Shown here: in pieces, positions 42,801 to 55,316 of the stretch
Layout of the letters: every line of letters begins with the position of its first letter
Numbering within the stretch: the first letter of the stretch is position 1
Assembly (NCBI GenBank): GCA_964247055.1
Contig: OZ176054.1
Span: forward strand, 5,890,001 to 5,954,000
DNA from: Paragordius varius
Lineage: Eukaryota > Animalia > Nematomorpha
Direction of reading: 5' to 3'
Length of the DNA stretch: 64,000 nucleotides
Position numbers and translations under genes: made by a program
Notes under the pieces: generated by a model
What the model was told of the DNA's origin: nothing
What the model saw: the letters and a program-made list of their open reading frames with translations, nothing else
Databases searched by the model: none

Positions 42801-43662
42801 TAACAAAATTATTTTTTAATTACATGTTAAAATCTTATTAAATTCATATATTTTTTATAAAACTTAATAAAGATATACGGTTTTCAAACGTTTAAAAATT
42901 TATATTGATGTAAAGTTTATGTTAAATAAAGAAAATAGGTTAAAAATGATAAAATAGATTGATACACGATTCGATTGATAAAAGTTATAAACAAAACTAA
43001 AAGTCAAAGGACCAACTTGTTCGACGACCTTGAAGTGCAAATGGTATAAGAAAATAATATCATATTCCTATTTGATTATAATATAATATAGACTTTATGT
43101 ATTATTTTTTAGTATAAAGGGGGTAAATAGCAAAATTGATGGGTTAATATTTTTTTAATTAAAAACAATGCGTGAATCTGAATAAACGCATTTTAATATT
43201 ACTTTGAAAACTAGAAGGCAAATTAGCGAAAAGTGGAATATAATCAGGTGGTAAATATTGATTGCACAATCTATATAATATTTGGATAAAAGCCTCTTTG
43301 TCTGAATAACTATCCATTTCCCATGTGTAAGCTTTATCCAAATATAAATCAATCACCAAAGATTCCTTCAATTATTTTTACTAATACCAAATTACAATGA
43401 CAATCAATTTTTTTAAGATTGTTAAACGACCAAAAACAAGATTTTCGGAAAGAATCATTTGTTTCGTTTTTTTTCATTTGATATAAAAATAATTCATTCT
43501 TCTCGTTTACTAAAAAATATTATGCCACATAAGAAAACTTATTATGCAAAGAATGGAATGTTTTTTACGGCGACCAGATCTTGTCACATGAACAGTATAT
43601 AAAACCTTTTCATTTTGATCTTTAAACTCATTTTGAATTGATTTTCGCATGGAATCAAGCAT
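32765..43662 (-). CDS. EXOC1: Exocyst complex component 1 (Sec3)
   Basis: Start [29 protein letters not shown]; PH-like [27 protein letters not shown]; [20 protein letters not shown]; [18 protein letters not shown]...[23 protein letters not shown]; C-terminus [39 protein letters not shown]. Many exons; not all boundaries were resolved. Confidence 0.93.
41120..42130 (+). mobile_element. Decayed RTE-like retrotransposon fragment in an EXOC1 intron (antisense to the gene)
   Basis: [23 protein letters not shown]; Cys-rich HNKC..FKCESC; [19 protein letters not shown]; frameshifted. Confidence 0.85.
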
Positions 43663-43710
43663 TTATTCGACGCATTCGTAAACACAGTCGTATTGATTCC
43701 ATAACACAAA
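43663..43710. promoter_or_regulatory. 48-bp spacer between divergent EXOC1 and WBP11 start codons (putative bidirectional promoter)
   Basis: EXOC1 ATG at 43662 (-), WBP11 ATG at 43711 (+). A second EXOC1 ATG at 43650 would give 60 bp. Confidence 0.6.
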
Positions 43711-46700
43711 ATGGGACGAAGGCCTCTTAACACTACCAAAAGTGGAAAATATATGAATCCGGCCGATCAAACAAGTTTTTTTTATTAGTTTTATTTTAAG
43801 GAAAATTGGAGAGAAAGAAAGAGTTAAAAAAGGTTAAATTTTAATATTAAAAATCAGAATAAAAAGCAGCGTCAATTGATACGACAAGCTTTACTGAAGA
43901 GTCAAAACCCAAAACAGATTATTAGCGAATTAGAAATGCTTGATGATATGGGTATTTAAATTTATAATGATACCAAGAGTATAATATTGAAAAGCCACCT
44001 TTTTTCCGAGAAGCTGTTTTACAAGATAAGCGGAAAAAATTATTAGCGATGTTATCTAAAGTTTCAACCCACTACGTATTTCATAATTTAAATTAATTTT
44101 TACAGGAAAAAGCGGAGCCGACACAATTTGCCGAACTTATTAAGTAAATCACTAATTAATTTTAGGATGCGTAAAGAATACGATGCAAGACGACAAGAAA
44201 AATATAATTTCTTTGAAGCTATCAGAAAAGCTCGTAATGTTAATGTCGATTCGATTCCATTGCCAACTTTTCCCAATACCTCTGGTGATAATTGGGGTTC
44301 GTTTGGACAAATGGGTATTTTTTATTTTTTTAAAGAAAAAATCTAAACTGGACAAATAAAAGAAACGAAACTTGATAATTTTTAAGCAATAAATAAGCAA
44401 TTGAGATAAATTCGTAATAAATTAACCATTTGTAATTTATAAATATTGTCATGGTTATCAGGATTTTCCAAAAATATTACATAAGATATTATAATGTATC
44501 GAAAAATTTAGATATAGTTTTAATTTTTGTAATTATTTACGTTATATAGAAAAAATCAAAGTTAGTATGGCTGTTTTTTTGAAAAAAAATAGTTTATGCC
44601 TTAGTTTTTATGTTATATTTTATTGATATGATAACATTTTCCATGTATGATTTTTTTTATTTTAGGCTTATATCAAGACGGATTTCGGGGTTTTTCATCT
44701 AGTGCCATGTATATGGCTGGAATGCCTTATGTTGATCCATCATCATTTTCCTTAATGAATTGTGAAATGGACCTTAGTGGTCCAACATTGGGACAACATC
44801 AACACCCTTTAAATTGTAACTTATTCTTTGGATTTAAAAATTTAGATTTTTAATTTAATTACTTATTTATGCATTAACTCTGAATCTTTTTTATTTATTT
44901 AGTTCCCACAGGTGGAAATTCGGAATCATTTGCTATGCTACCTTTCCAACACCCAATGAAAGATGGAGTTTTAGCGTAATTTTCTATTTTAAATTTGGGA
45001 CTTCATTAATCTTCTTAAATTTTGAGTTTAAATCTTTGGAAGTTATTTAATATTGTATTGTTTGAACTACAGTGTAAATATAGTTAAGCCTTTATTATTT
45101 GTTGTTATTAAAAAATATTATAAATTATAAATAAATAAAATAGCAAATTAAAAGGGCTTTGTAAAATACGACCAGTTTTAATTCCACAAATTGGGAATCC
45201 TTATCAAAAAATTTTATATATTTATTATTATACTAGCGTGAATCTCGTGCTGCTACGCAGCCCGAGGAAGTCCTTCGGACTTCTGGGGGGGAGAGGGGGG
45301 GTTCGAAGTTTGGATTTTAATGGGTCTACCGGTTTTCCTGTACCAGATCACAAAGCCAGCATTTTCCATTTTTATAAATATATAGATTACCATAAATAAT
45401 GTTTTAATATCCATATATCTTTTAACATGCTATACAATCTTTTAACATGCTATACATATGATAGATACTCCCTACTCAGCAGCTATCATCAAAGAAACGC
45501 CTGACTAAAATTTTTGCCTTTTAACAGGCATTACGAACTTTCTCGAATTTTTACAGTCTCATACCTAGGGCGAAAAATCGATTTAAAAAATTATTTTTGT
45601 GGACTTTGTTTTTTGAAAAAAATGGCATTTTACGGGGGGAGCTGGTAAAAAGAGGGCCTAAATCAAAAAAGTGACTCGACTATGTTCGGCGCAATCGAAA
45701 ATAAGTAAACAAAAATCATATTTGAAATTGAATGGTCCAACACGTTCTCCAAAAAATTGACTTAACCCATTTTTCACACGGGGTGGGCCCAAACTGGGGA
45801 CCTAATTCCAAAAAAGGGCGAAGCTATTGTCGGGGCATTCATTAATGATTAAATTTTTTCGATGTTTGGATTTGATTGGGTTCACCGGTTTTCCGGAAAC
45901 AGATCACAAAGTTATATGAAAAATCAGTTTTTAGCAGGTAGCTCCTTACCCAGCAGCTATCATCAAATAAACGGCAGACTAAAATTTTTGCCTTTTAACA
46001 GGGAATACGTGGAATCTTTATTGAATTTTTACGGTCTCATACCTAGGGCGAAAAATCGATTTAAAAAATTATTTTTGTGGACTTTGTTTTTTGAAAAAGG
46101 TGGCATTTCACGGGGGGAGCGGGTAAAAAGAGGGCCTAAATCAAAAAAGTGGCTCGGCTATGTTCAGCGCAATCGAAAATAAGTAAACAAAAATCATATT
46201 TAAAATTGAATGGTCCAACACGTTCTCCGGAAAATTGTCTCAAAGACACGATTTTTGTGGACTTCTGTTTTCAAAAAAAACCCGTTTTTCATACGGGGTG
46301 GGCCCGAACTGGGGGCCTATTTCAAAAAAAGGGCGAAGCTATTGTCGGGGCATTCATTAATGATTATATCTTTTCGATATTTGGATTTGATTGGGTCTAC
46401 CGGTTTTCCTGTACCAGATCACAAAGCCAGCATTTTCCATTTTTATAAATATATAGATTACCATAAATAATGTATTAATATCCATATATCTTTTAACATG
46501 CTATACATATGATAGATACTCCTTACTCAGCATCTATCATCAAAGAAACGCTTGACTAAAATTTTTGCCTTTTAACAGGCAATACGAAAAATCTTTCTCG
46601 AATTTTTACAGTCTCATACCGTGGGCAAAAAAACACAATCAAAAAAATATTTTTGTGGACTTTGTTTTTTTTGAAAAAAATGGCATTTTACGGGGGGAGC

Positions 46701-47606
46701 GGGTAAAAAGAGGGCCTAAATCAAAAAAGTGACTCGACTATGTTCGGCGCAATCGAAAATAAGTAAACAAAAATCATATTTGAAATTGAATGGTCCAACA
46801 CGTTCTCCAAAAAATTGACTTAACCCATTTTTCACACGGGGTGGGCCCAAACTGGGGACCTAATTCCAAAAAAGGGCGAAGCTATTGTCGGGGCATTCAT
46901 TAATGATTAAATTTTTTCGATGTTTGGATTTGATTGGGTTCACCGGTTTTCCGGAAACAGATCACAAAGTTATATGAAAAATCAGTTTTTAGCAGGTAGC
47001 TCCTTACCCAGCAGCTATCATCAAATAAACGGTAGACTAAAATTTTTGCCTTTTAACAGGGAATACGTGGAATCTTTATTGAATTTTTACGGTCTCATAC
47101 CTAGGGCGAAAAATCGATTTAAAAAATTATTTTTGTGGACTTTGTTTTTTGAAAAAGGTGGCATTTCACGGGGGGAGCGGGTAAAAAGAGGGCCTAAATC
47201 AAAAAAGTGGCTCGGCTATGTTCAGCGCAATCGAAAATAAGTAAACAAAAATCATATTTAAAATTGAATGGTCCAACACGTTCTCCGGAAAATTGTCTCA
47301 AAGACACGATTTTTGTGGACTTCTGTTTTCAAAAAAAACCCGTTTTTCATACGGGGTGGGCCCGAACTGGGGGCCTATTTCAAAAAAAGGGCGAAGCTAT
47401 TGTCGGGGCATTCATTAATGATTATATTTTTTCGATATTTGGATTTGATTGGGTCTACCGGTTTTCCTGTACCAGATCACAAAGCCAGCATTTTCCATTT
47501 TTATAAATATATAGATTTATCCTTATATGCAAGTACTACAAACGTTTTCTATTTTTATGACACCAAATACATAACGAATTCTAAGAAATTTTGGATAACA
47601 TACACA

Positions 47607-47639
<33 letters not shown>

Positions 47640-50600
47640 TTTAAAACATATTGAGTTTTTTGGTCATATAGTTATTTTTATATTCATATATAATTTTTTA
47701 TGGGTCTAGTTGATGCCATTTTTGACATCATTACACATTACATGAATTGATATATTTTTATGTACAGAACTTCCGCAGTTTTAGAAGGTCAACAATCACA
47801 GCAACTGGATAGTAATGCTCCCCTTGATACCATGTCTGCTAATAAAGTTATCCCAGGACCACCGATAGAACCCATTCCTCCATTAAGCCCTATCCCATAC
47901 CAACGCAGTCGAAGGGATAAGGAAAATGTTAGTGAAACAGAGGATAGCCCTGATCGAAATAAAAGATTATTACATCGCCATACTAAAAGAAGGAGTCGAC
48001 GTAGTAGAAGCAGGAATCGTGATCGGAAAAGGAATAGGCATTCTGCTTCATCACGACGTTCAGAGAGTAGAAGTCGTTCAAGGTTATATTTTTTATCCGA
48101 TGAGTGAACAATATTACTCGAATTTTTATTAACTCAATAGCGTTTAGATTTTACTATTTAATTATTAGTAATAATGCATTTAACTCTTATTTTTTATATT
48201 AGACCATTATTTATTTTTTTTTGGTTACATTGAAAATTTTACAGATAAAGCATCAAAAGTAAAAAAATATGTTTATAGATCAAAGGATTCAAGTGCTGGT
48301 AGTTTGCGTAGTCGTCGTTCATCATCAGGAAGTGTCCGTAGGAAATCTGGTTCACGATCCCCCACATCACGACATAGAAGGTAATTTAAGATTTTTATTT
48401 TTAATTAAATTTGAATACTCAAAATTGTATCATATACACCCTCTATAAAGACCCCTTCCCTTTTATAATGAGCTTGAATATAACCAGCACTTATAAAATA
48501 TTTTGTTAAAGCTTTAATTGTTTCGTATATCAAATTTACTAGTTTGTGGAGATATTTGAGCCTCGAGAATGAGTAATATATTATAAAAAGTTTAATTTTT
48601 TTAAAAAAAATGAGTAATAATAACAAATATATTTGTTGAATTAAAAGTAATATTATATATCTTAAATTAATTATTAAGTGAAAAATTAATTTTAAAAAAC
48701 CTCATGAGGTTATTACTATGGTATAAAATTTTGATCTTTTTTTCTTTGTGTTTAGGCGAAGTACAGAACGGGAAAGTTATCATAGGAGAGCTGGGAGTCA
48801 TGAAAAGCGAAAACGTAGTCGATCCCGTTCCCACAATAAAACTACCAAGAGTAGTAATAGAGAACGATCATCTACTAGATCAAAATCTTTGGGCTCTACC
48901 GGTTAGTTTAAATCTGTTTTATATTGTATAAAAAATAAATAACCAGAAAAGGTTTATAAAAGTATATGAAATTTAACTTATATAAATGGATAGTAATGAG
49001 TAAAAATATTATGCCTTTAATGAAAAAGGTGTATTACCAAATAACTTGCTAATCTTTTAAACTGGATTGTATTAGATTATCATCCTTGTATAATTTAATA
49101 TAATATGCACATTTTTATACGATTTGTATTGAATTTATTATTATTAATGGGCAATAACAAACATAATTTAACCCTTTTTAATTAAGTACTATTTTATTAG
49201 ATAATGAATATGAAGAAATTATTGCTGAGGATAAATCATCAGAGCCCAATACAACTGCAACACTGGGTATGTTACATTTTGTGTATTTTTGCATTCTTAT
49301 TTATAATATTTTTATTTCCCCATTTTTAGAGAAACCGGAAAGTTATCAATATCCTCCCAATAACCAGGCACCCTCTTTCAATGTAATTTTTTATTATCAT
49401 TGATTATGTTAGCTACAATAAATTATGGCTTTTAAAATCAAGTTGTTTTAACTCTACGAATGCTTTCAAAAATATTAGTTTAGAGATATACGAGTGTGAT
49501 TTTTTAGCCTTAAAATTATTTTTAAATACTTTTAGAAAATGTTGCAGCAAATGGCACCACCTATGTTTCAAAATATGGCACAAAATATGTCGCAGTTTTT
49601 TATGAATCAAATGAGGTAACTAAAAGCACAAATTTTAGTAATTAGCTGAATATTATATGCTGTATATTTGATAAATGCTCTTTTCTTTGAAAAATTTAAC
49701 ATTTTTATATACCTTAGAGTTCCAAACATGAATCCAATGTTAGATCATCATCAGCCTTTTCCTCAATGTAAAATTATTTATTTATATTTTTAAAGTATTT
49801 TTTTGTCATGTTTGCGGTAATAATTTGGTCGATATAGTTTCATATCATTATTGCGCAGAAGTTATGGTTATATTGTCAAATATCATAATAAGTTGAACGT
49901 GTAACCAAATTATAGTACAATTTAACATATTTATCAGTGGTTAAATTTATTCTACTTAATTTAAAAAAATGATTGCCAAAAATTATTAACTTATAAATAA
50001 GTATTTAAAATGCTTAAATTGGAAGATTATTTTTCGTTTAATCCATTATAGATGTGGTTTAACAGTCTATTGTTAATGTAAAATTTTTCACATAAGTATC
50101 AAATTTATTTAAATTATATCAATTTTAAATGATCATCTCCTCATAAATTTAGCATGTAGAATTTCGCTGGCCAAAACTGTCATACGTTGAACGAAAATCT
50201 TATTGTAAACGATAAATTAATAAACAGGTTTAGGATATATGTGTCTAAGAAAATTTATTATAGTCAAGTTTAAGTATGGTCAAACCTTTTCATATTTAAA
50301 TACCATACCTCTCATATTAGCATGTTTTGGTGTCGCAAATTGATAAACCAAATTATATTAAAACCAATATTTTTTGAATGTTACAGATGATAATCATGGG
50401 AGAAACGCTATGGCCCCACCTCCACCCCCAAACTTATATACCGATACAGCTGCTGTTAATAATTTCGACAATCAAATTCAACAACGGCAAAACATGTCAT
50501 CTGGAATGAAACCCAAATCTATGAATGAACCGCTGGCAAAACCACAATCTTCTGTACTAGTTAAACCGGCTGCTAATCCTGAATCAATGAGTGGACAATT

Positions 50601-51822
50601 GCAGACATCAAACACCATTCTTTCGGCCCCGCCTATGTTTAAAAATGTTACGATATCTGCTCCACCTCAAATAAATAAATCAACTGGGACTTTTGGCGTT
50701 GAACAAGTACACCAACGCCCAAAAGATGATGTGATACAGGGTTTGCGATTATGTTAATAATTATTCAATTTTACCTTATATAATGGGTTGAGTCTGACCG
50801 GTTATGAATGCATAAATGAGTCTGATTGTGACAGATTAACATGAACACAAAATTATTATTACATCATATAAAAACAATACATTTTCATGAATAATGGTTA
50901 AACCTAAATATAATAAAAATTTGATTTGTTATTTTTCTATTAATGCTATTTGATTAGTATTCGATTATTTTGTTACATGATACTTTTGTTTTTATGATAT
51001 TTACTGACAAGTAAATATTAATAATGACAGTATTTATATGCGATACCGGTTTTATTTAATCGGTCAAAATGAAAATCATTATTAAGAATTTTATTTTTTA
51101 AATTTTCAATTTCTCATTATGCGGGTTTTTATCATTTTTCCCGGGGGATTGTATATGATCAAAATAATATAGGCCAAGACTACTTTAAATTGAACAAGGA
51201 TTCAACTCCAATGCCTTCTACTAATACTAAGCCCAAGCAAGTACCTTCCACCAGTTCTACAGGTTTGACGAAAAAGCCTTCCACTACGGATATTTTAAAA
51301 TCGAATCATACAGTGATTGAGGTAAACAATAAATCTGTTATATAGAATAATTCGCAATTTTGATATATAATAATAGAAATTCTCATGATCAAAACCATTT
51401 AATTTATAATCATTTTAATCCGTTTTTGATACAATGTAAATTTTTTATAGGCTAAACCACAACTGCGAAGCTTAACTGAAGAAAGTTTACGATTTATGCC
51501 CACCATTTTGAGAGTCAAACGTAATACTCCTTTACAAGCTAATAAGATCAAAAAGAATAACGGTATGTTAGCTTGTTAAATTAAAATTTATTGAAAGATA
51601 GAATAGTTAGTTTACGGTATAATCGAGTGATTGTTATAAGAAAAATTTGTTTTATAGGTTTTTTATGTTTTTTAAATTAATTAAACGTTAGATGATAAGA
51701 TGTTTGACCTCCAATACAAAAACCAGCAAACTAATCAGACTCACGCTCATGCTATGATAAGCACTCAAACCAAAGATGATGCCTATCTTACGTTTATGAA
51801 AGAAATGGAGGGATTATTATAA
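43711..51822 (+). CDS. WBP11: WW domain-binding protein 11 (splicing factor SIPP1/NpwBP)
   Basis: MGRRPLNTTKSGKYMNPADQTRKLERKKELKKNKKQRQLIRQALLKSQNPKQIISELEMLDDMEYN..VLQDKRKKL over five micro-introns; IPLP; TISAPPQI; C-terminus TKDDAYLTFMKEMEGLL*. Phase-consistent exon chain throughout. Confidence 0.95.
45233..47515 (-). mobile_element. Non-autonomous Helitron with internal ~1.06-kb tandem units, in a WBP11 intron
   Basis: Minus strand A|TC at 47515 ... hairpin TCGGGCTGC-GTA-GCAGCACGA, 8 nt, CTAG|T at 45233. The 5' terminus repeats at 46457 and 45386 (spacing 1058 and 1071 bp). Confidence 0.8.
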
Positions 51823-52029
51823 TATATTAATTTTAGTTGAATCCTATGTAAATAAATAGTTAAAAAATTATATTTAGTGTAATAGGTTATTTTTATTAGT
51901 TGTATTAGATTGGATGGATGTTAAAAGACGTCATCGACTAGTAGCAATTTAATATGTGAACTTTCACTATTCTATTGTATGACATATAGAGATAATGCAT
52001 TAAAAAGCTTAGATACCTTCTATTTTAAT

Positions 52030-52234
52030 CAGTGGTACTGAACAAAAAAATAAGGGCCGCAAAAATTTTTCTTCTAAAGGGCATGCACCATATTATAAGG
52101 ATAGAAATGTCATAGCTGTTATATTTGCAGATATTTTACTCAATATAAGTATCTAAGAAAATTAATGAATTAATTTAGGGCCATAAAAAAGCACTTTTAG
52201 AGCGGCATACGGCCCGTTGCTTTGAGTACATGTG
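52030..52234 (-). mobile_element. ~205-bp MITE derived from the hAT family at 22157
   Basis: Starts CAGTGGTACTGA and ends with degenerate TGAGTACATGTG; subterminal sequences match the two ends of 22157-24399 in reverse; no TSD seen. Confidence 0.55.
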
Positions 52235-52998
52235 CGTTTCTTTACACAACCAAAATACTAAATTATTTGAATAAACCTGATTTTCAAAGGACATTTACCT
52301 TTTTACCATTTCAGTACTTTTGACTTCGTCTAAATTGTAATTGAAATTTCTCCAAAAATTTAAACCTTGATCGTTTATCATCCATAACTTTGATTGTCCC
52401 ACTTTTATACCATATAACATTATTTATATTACGAAGGCCTGTCCAAAATTTTTTAATGTTTAACTGTTAGTCATGTTTTCAACGATTATGGGGAGTTTTT
52501 TAACCAATTTATTTAATATATGTCGCATAGTGAGAAATATTTGCTATATAAAATTCAATACTACGGGTCCTCTCTTAACGTGCTATCTACCTACCGATAC
52601 AACTTAACCAAAATTCATGATTTTATTTTCAAAATCGAAAAAATAATAAGGTTTACATATTATGTCAAAATAATCATAAATAATATTAATTCATAGTTCT
52701 TTATTCTGTAAACACAAATATACAAATAAAAGTATATAAAAATTTTCACGAATGCATAAATTATATAGTATTATAAGTGTAAGTATATAAATAAGTATTT
52801 TCTAATTTTATATGCCTTGTACTTCATTTATATCTGAATAAATACATTTTTTATATTTTTGTTTAATTTAACTATGAAGTTGTGTAATAAATTAATAAAC
52901 CACTTATTTAATTATAAATATTTGCAAACGTTTGATATCTATATTGAAATACAAACTTAAAACATTGAAAGGGTAGAAAAATTGACAAAATTTATAAA

Positions 52999-54677
52999 TC
53001 ATTCTTCAAACGATGAATCATTGTCGGTGAACTTGTACAACGACTTCTTTTTAAAGAAATATATTGATGAGATTATTATTGGTGCCCTTTTAGCAAGTTT
53101 TCTTGGCAGCATATTTTTCAATTTGGTCAAAAACCTAAATAAATAAATATAATTATACATTTCAATTAATATATCGCTTTCAAAGTTTGGCTCGTATACT
53201 TTAAATTAATACATTTATATAATTGTTCAATGATTATTATCAAAATAAAAATGAAATATCGTGTCTGTATAAGCATTTCAACGCGTAAATAATGACATAT
53301 ATTTATGTATGAACGGTAAACCATATATTTAGGCCCATCCTTAGTGAAACCTACTTTGGCAATAACCCAGCTTATTAATTTAGCCGCTGGGTAAACGCTC
53401 TTATGATACGCCTCTTTAAAATATCGAGACTTTGAGAAAATTTTCTTGGAAAATTATGGGCCCATTCATTAATCGCAAATACAATATCTACCGGAAAAAT
53501 TAAGTCAAAGCGTGAAACCTATTAAGTTTATACATAAATAAAAACTCCATTTTTTTGTTAAAATCGCACTCAATTTCACAATACATCCTCGTTCCTTTAA
53601 CATGCGCTTTCATTTATAACAAAATTAAAATTACGATTATTCTGAAACTATATCAATATTTTTAACAGAAAATGAGTTTCTGAGCGTAAATGATTACATC
53701 GTTGCTAAATCTTATTAACTTAGCTTAAAAGTTCAATTGATGTTTAATAGACCCGTTGCCCTTTAAAATGTAATCTTACATAAAATTAATGGCAACTTCT
53801 AACAAAAAATACTTTACTCCTCATAAAAATATTTAGTGTATTAACCAACTATTAGTAAAATATTAATAATGAATATCGGTTGTTGTTCAATAAATATAAA
53901 TTTAAAAAACTGCTATCTAAACTTATTGAAATCTATATTGTCATAAATTTCAAGTACTTTTGTTCGTCCTCTTGGAGCACTAGTTCAATATGGAATGTCG
54001 TTATTGTATCGGGATCACATATAACATGTCCAAGCGTGAAAAGAGAATGGTAGCCCTGAAGTTTCAAAGATATTCGCACTACACAGCCACGTAACCCGTA
54101 TGGTTCTCCCACTGAAGCTTCTAGAATATCTTGACTGGCTTGTTCAGCTATACCAGGTGGAATCCAGAGATTATGATAAAATTGAAAGGTTAAGTATTGT
54201 TCGACGTCAGGTGGCGGTTCGTTGGCATTCTCACATAATTTATAATGCTGACTCAAATTTTGAGAATTCCTACGAAAACTAAATAACCGTGCTGAGTTTC
54301 CAGAATAAGACATGGGTAATGAGGAGGAGCTAAAATTGAAAAATTTTCTCTTTGGTTTTTGCACTTCATTTTGTTTACCGGTAACGTCATTTTTAAGTTT
54401 ATTTTCATGAGTTGTATTGACAATGGTATTCGCGGTGTTATTCTTAGTGGTATTCTTGTGATTGAGAGATTCATCTAAGCTGTTTACTGATATACCATCT
54501 ATGTTTTAAAAAATAATTTATACCTTCAATAGAAAGAGATAAATGACTCGAATGTACATTCACTGAGTTATTGACTTGAATTAAATTGGCCAGTCGAAAT
54601 AAAAATTTGTGAGATCGTGGCAAAGCTTTGAGATCCCCGTTGAATTCATAATGATTGTTATATGGCAATGAAGTCAT
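52999..54677 (-). CDS. DDIT4: DDIT4/REDD1 (scylla/charybdis) family mTORC1 inhibitor, 3 exons
   Basis: Exons 54524-54677, 53958-54498, 52999-53134 (phase-consistent; first intron 25 nt). RTP801 domain IAEQASQDILEASVGEPYGLRGC..VICDPDTITTFHIELVLQED..IISSIYFFKKKSLY (cf. IAQDVLRLS..EPCGLRG..CD..V.TFEL.L..GFRLVKKKLY). Confidence 0.85.
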
Positions 54678-54755
54678 TTTAACCCAACGATTCGTGAGAA
54701 CAAAGGGTTTTGTTAAAAATCAATGAATGCGGATCATGTTGAAAAGTTTATCTAA

Positions 54756-55316
54756 CACTTGGATACAACACACTCATTTTAATCCTTCGATTCAAATTGG
54801 GGTAGTTGGATACCCTAGGCATGTTTGAAATCAAATACTTTAAAAAGTATGGAGGGAATCAAAACCAAGGCAAAATTTTGCACTTATATAACATTAATAA
54901 ACCGAAATATATAAAAAATTTTATTAAAAAATACTTGATATTATTTATTTTGAGCTAAAACCGAAAGATAAAATTTTAGTCAACATTACATGTGTTTAAT
55001 GGTCAAATTGAGAAGTAAAAAATAAACCGCTTTTTCTATTTCTATCAATGTTAGATGTAATTTATATTAAAAATTTGCTCTAAAATGAAGACTATATTTT
55101 GCAAAAATTTTGTAAAATTAAAATGGCGTCGAAGTAGTTTGATATGGAACTTTTTTTTCAAAACAAAATTTTATTTAGATATTTTACCATATTTATGTAA
55201 TTTTAATTAGCATGAATTATAAATTTAAATTAAGACCGTTTCCTTCAGTAGTTTTTAAAAAATCCTAACTTAAATTTAGTTTGCGGTATTTAGATACCCC
55301 AATTTATATGAAAGTG
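54756..55316. mobile_element. TTAA-type MITE, copy 4
   Basis: CTAA|CACTTGGATACAAC...AAGTG|TTAA; colinear with 11615-12191. Confidence 0.8.

Noticed and set aside
45862-47609. Duplicated 86-113 aa ORFs
   Set aside because: Chance frames inside the Helitron tandem units in a WBP11 intron; overlapping frames and no domain.
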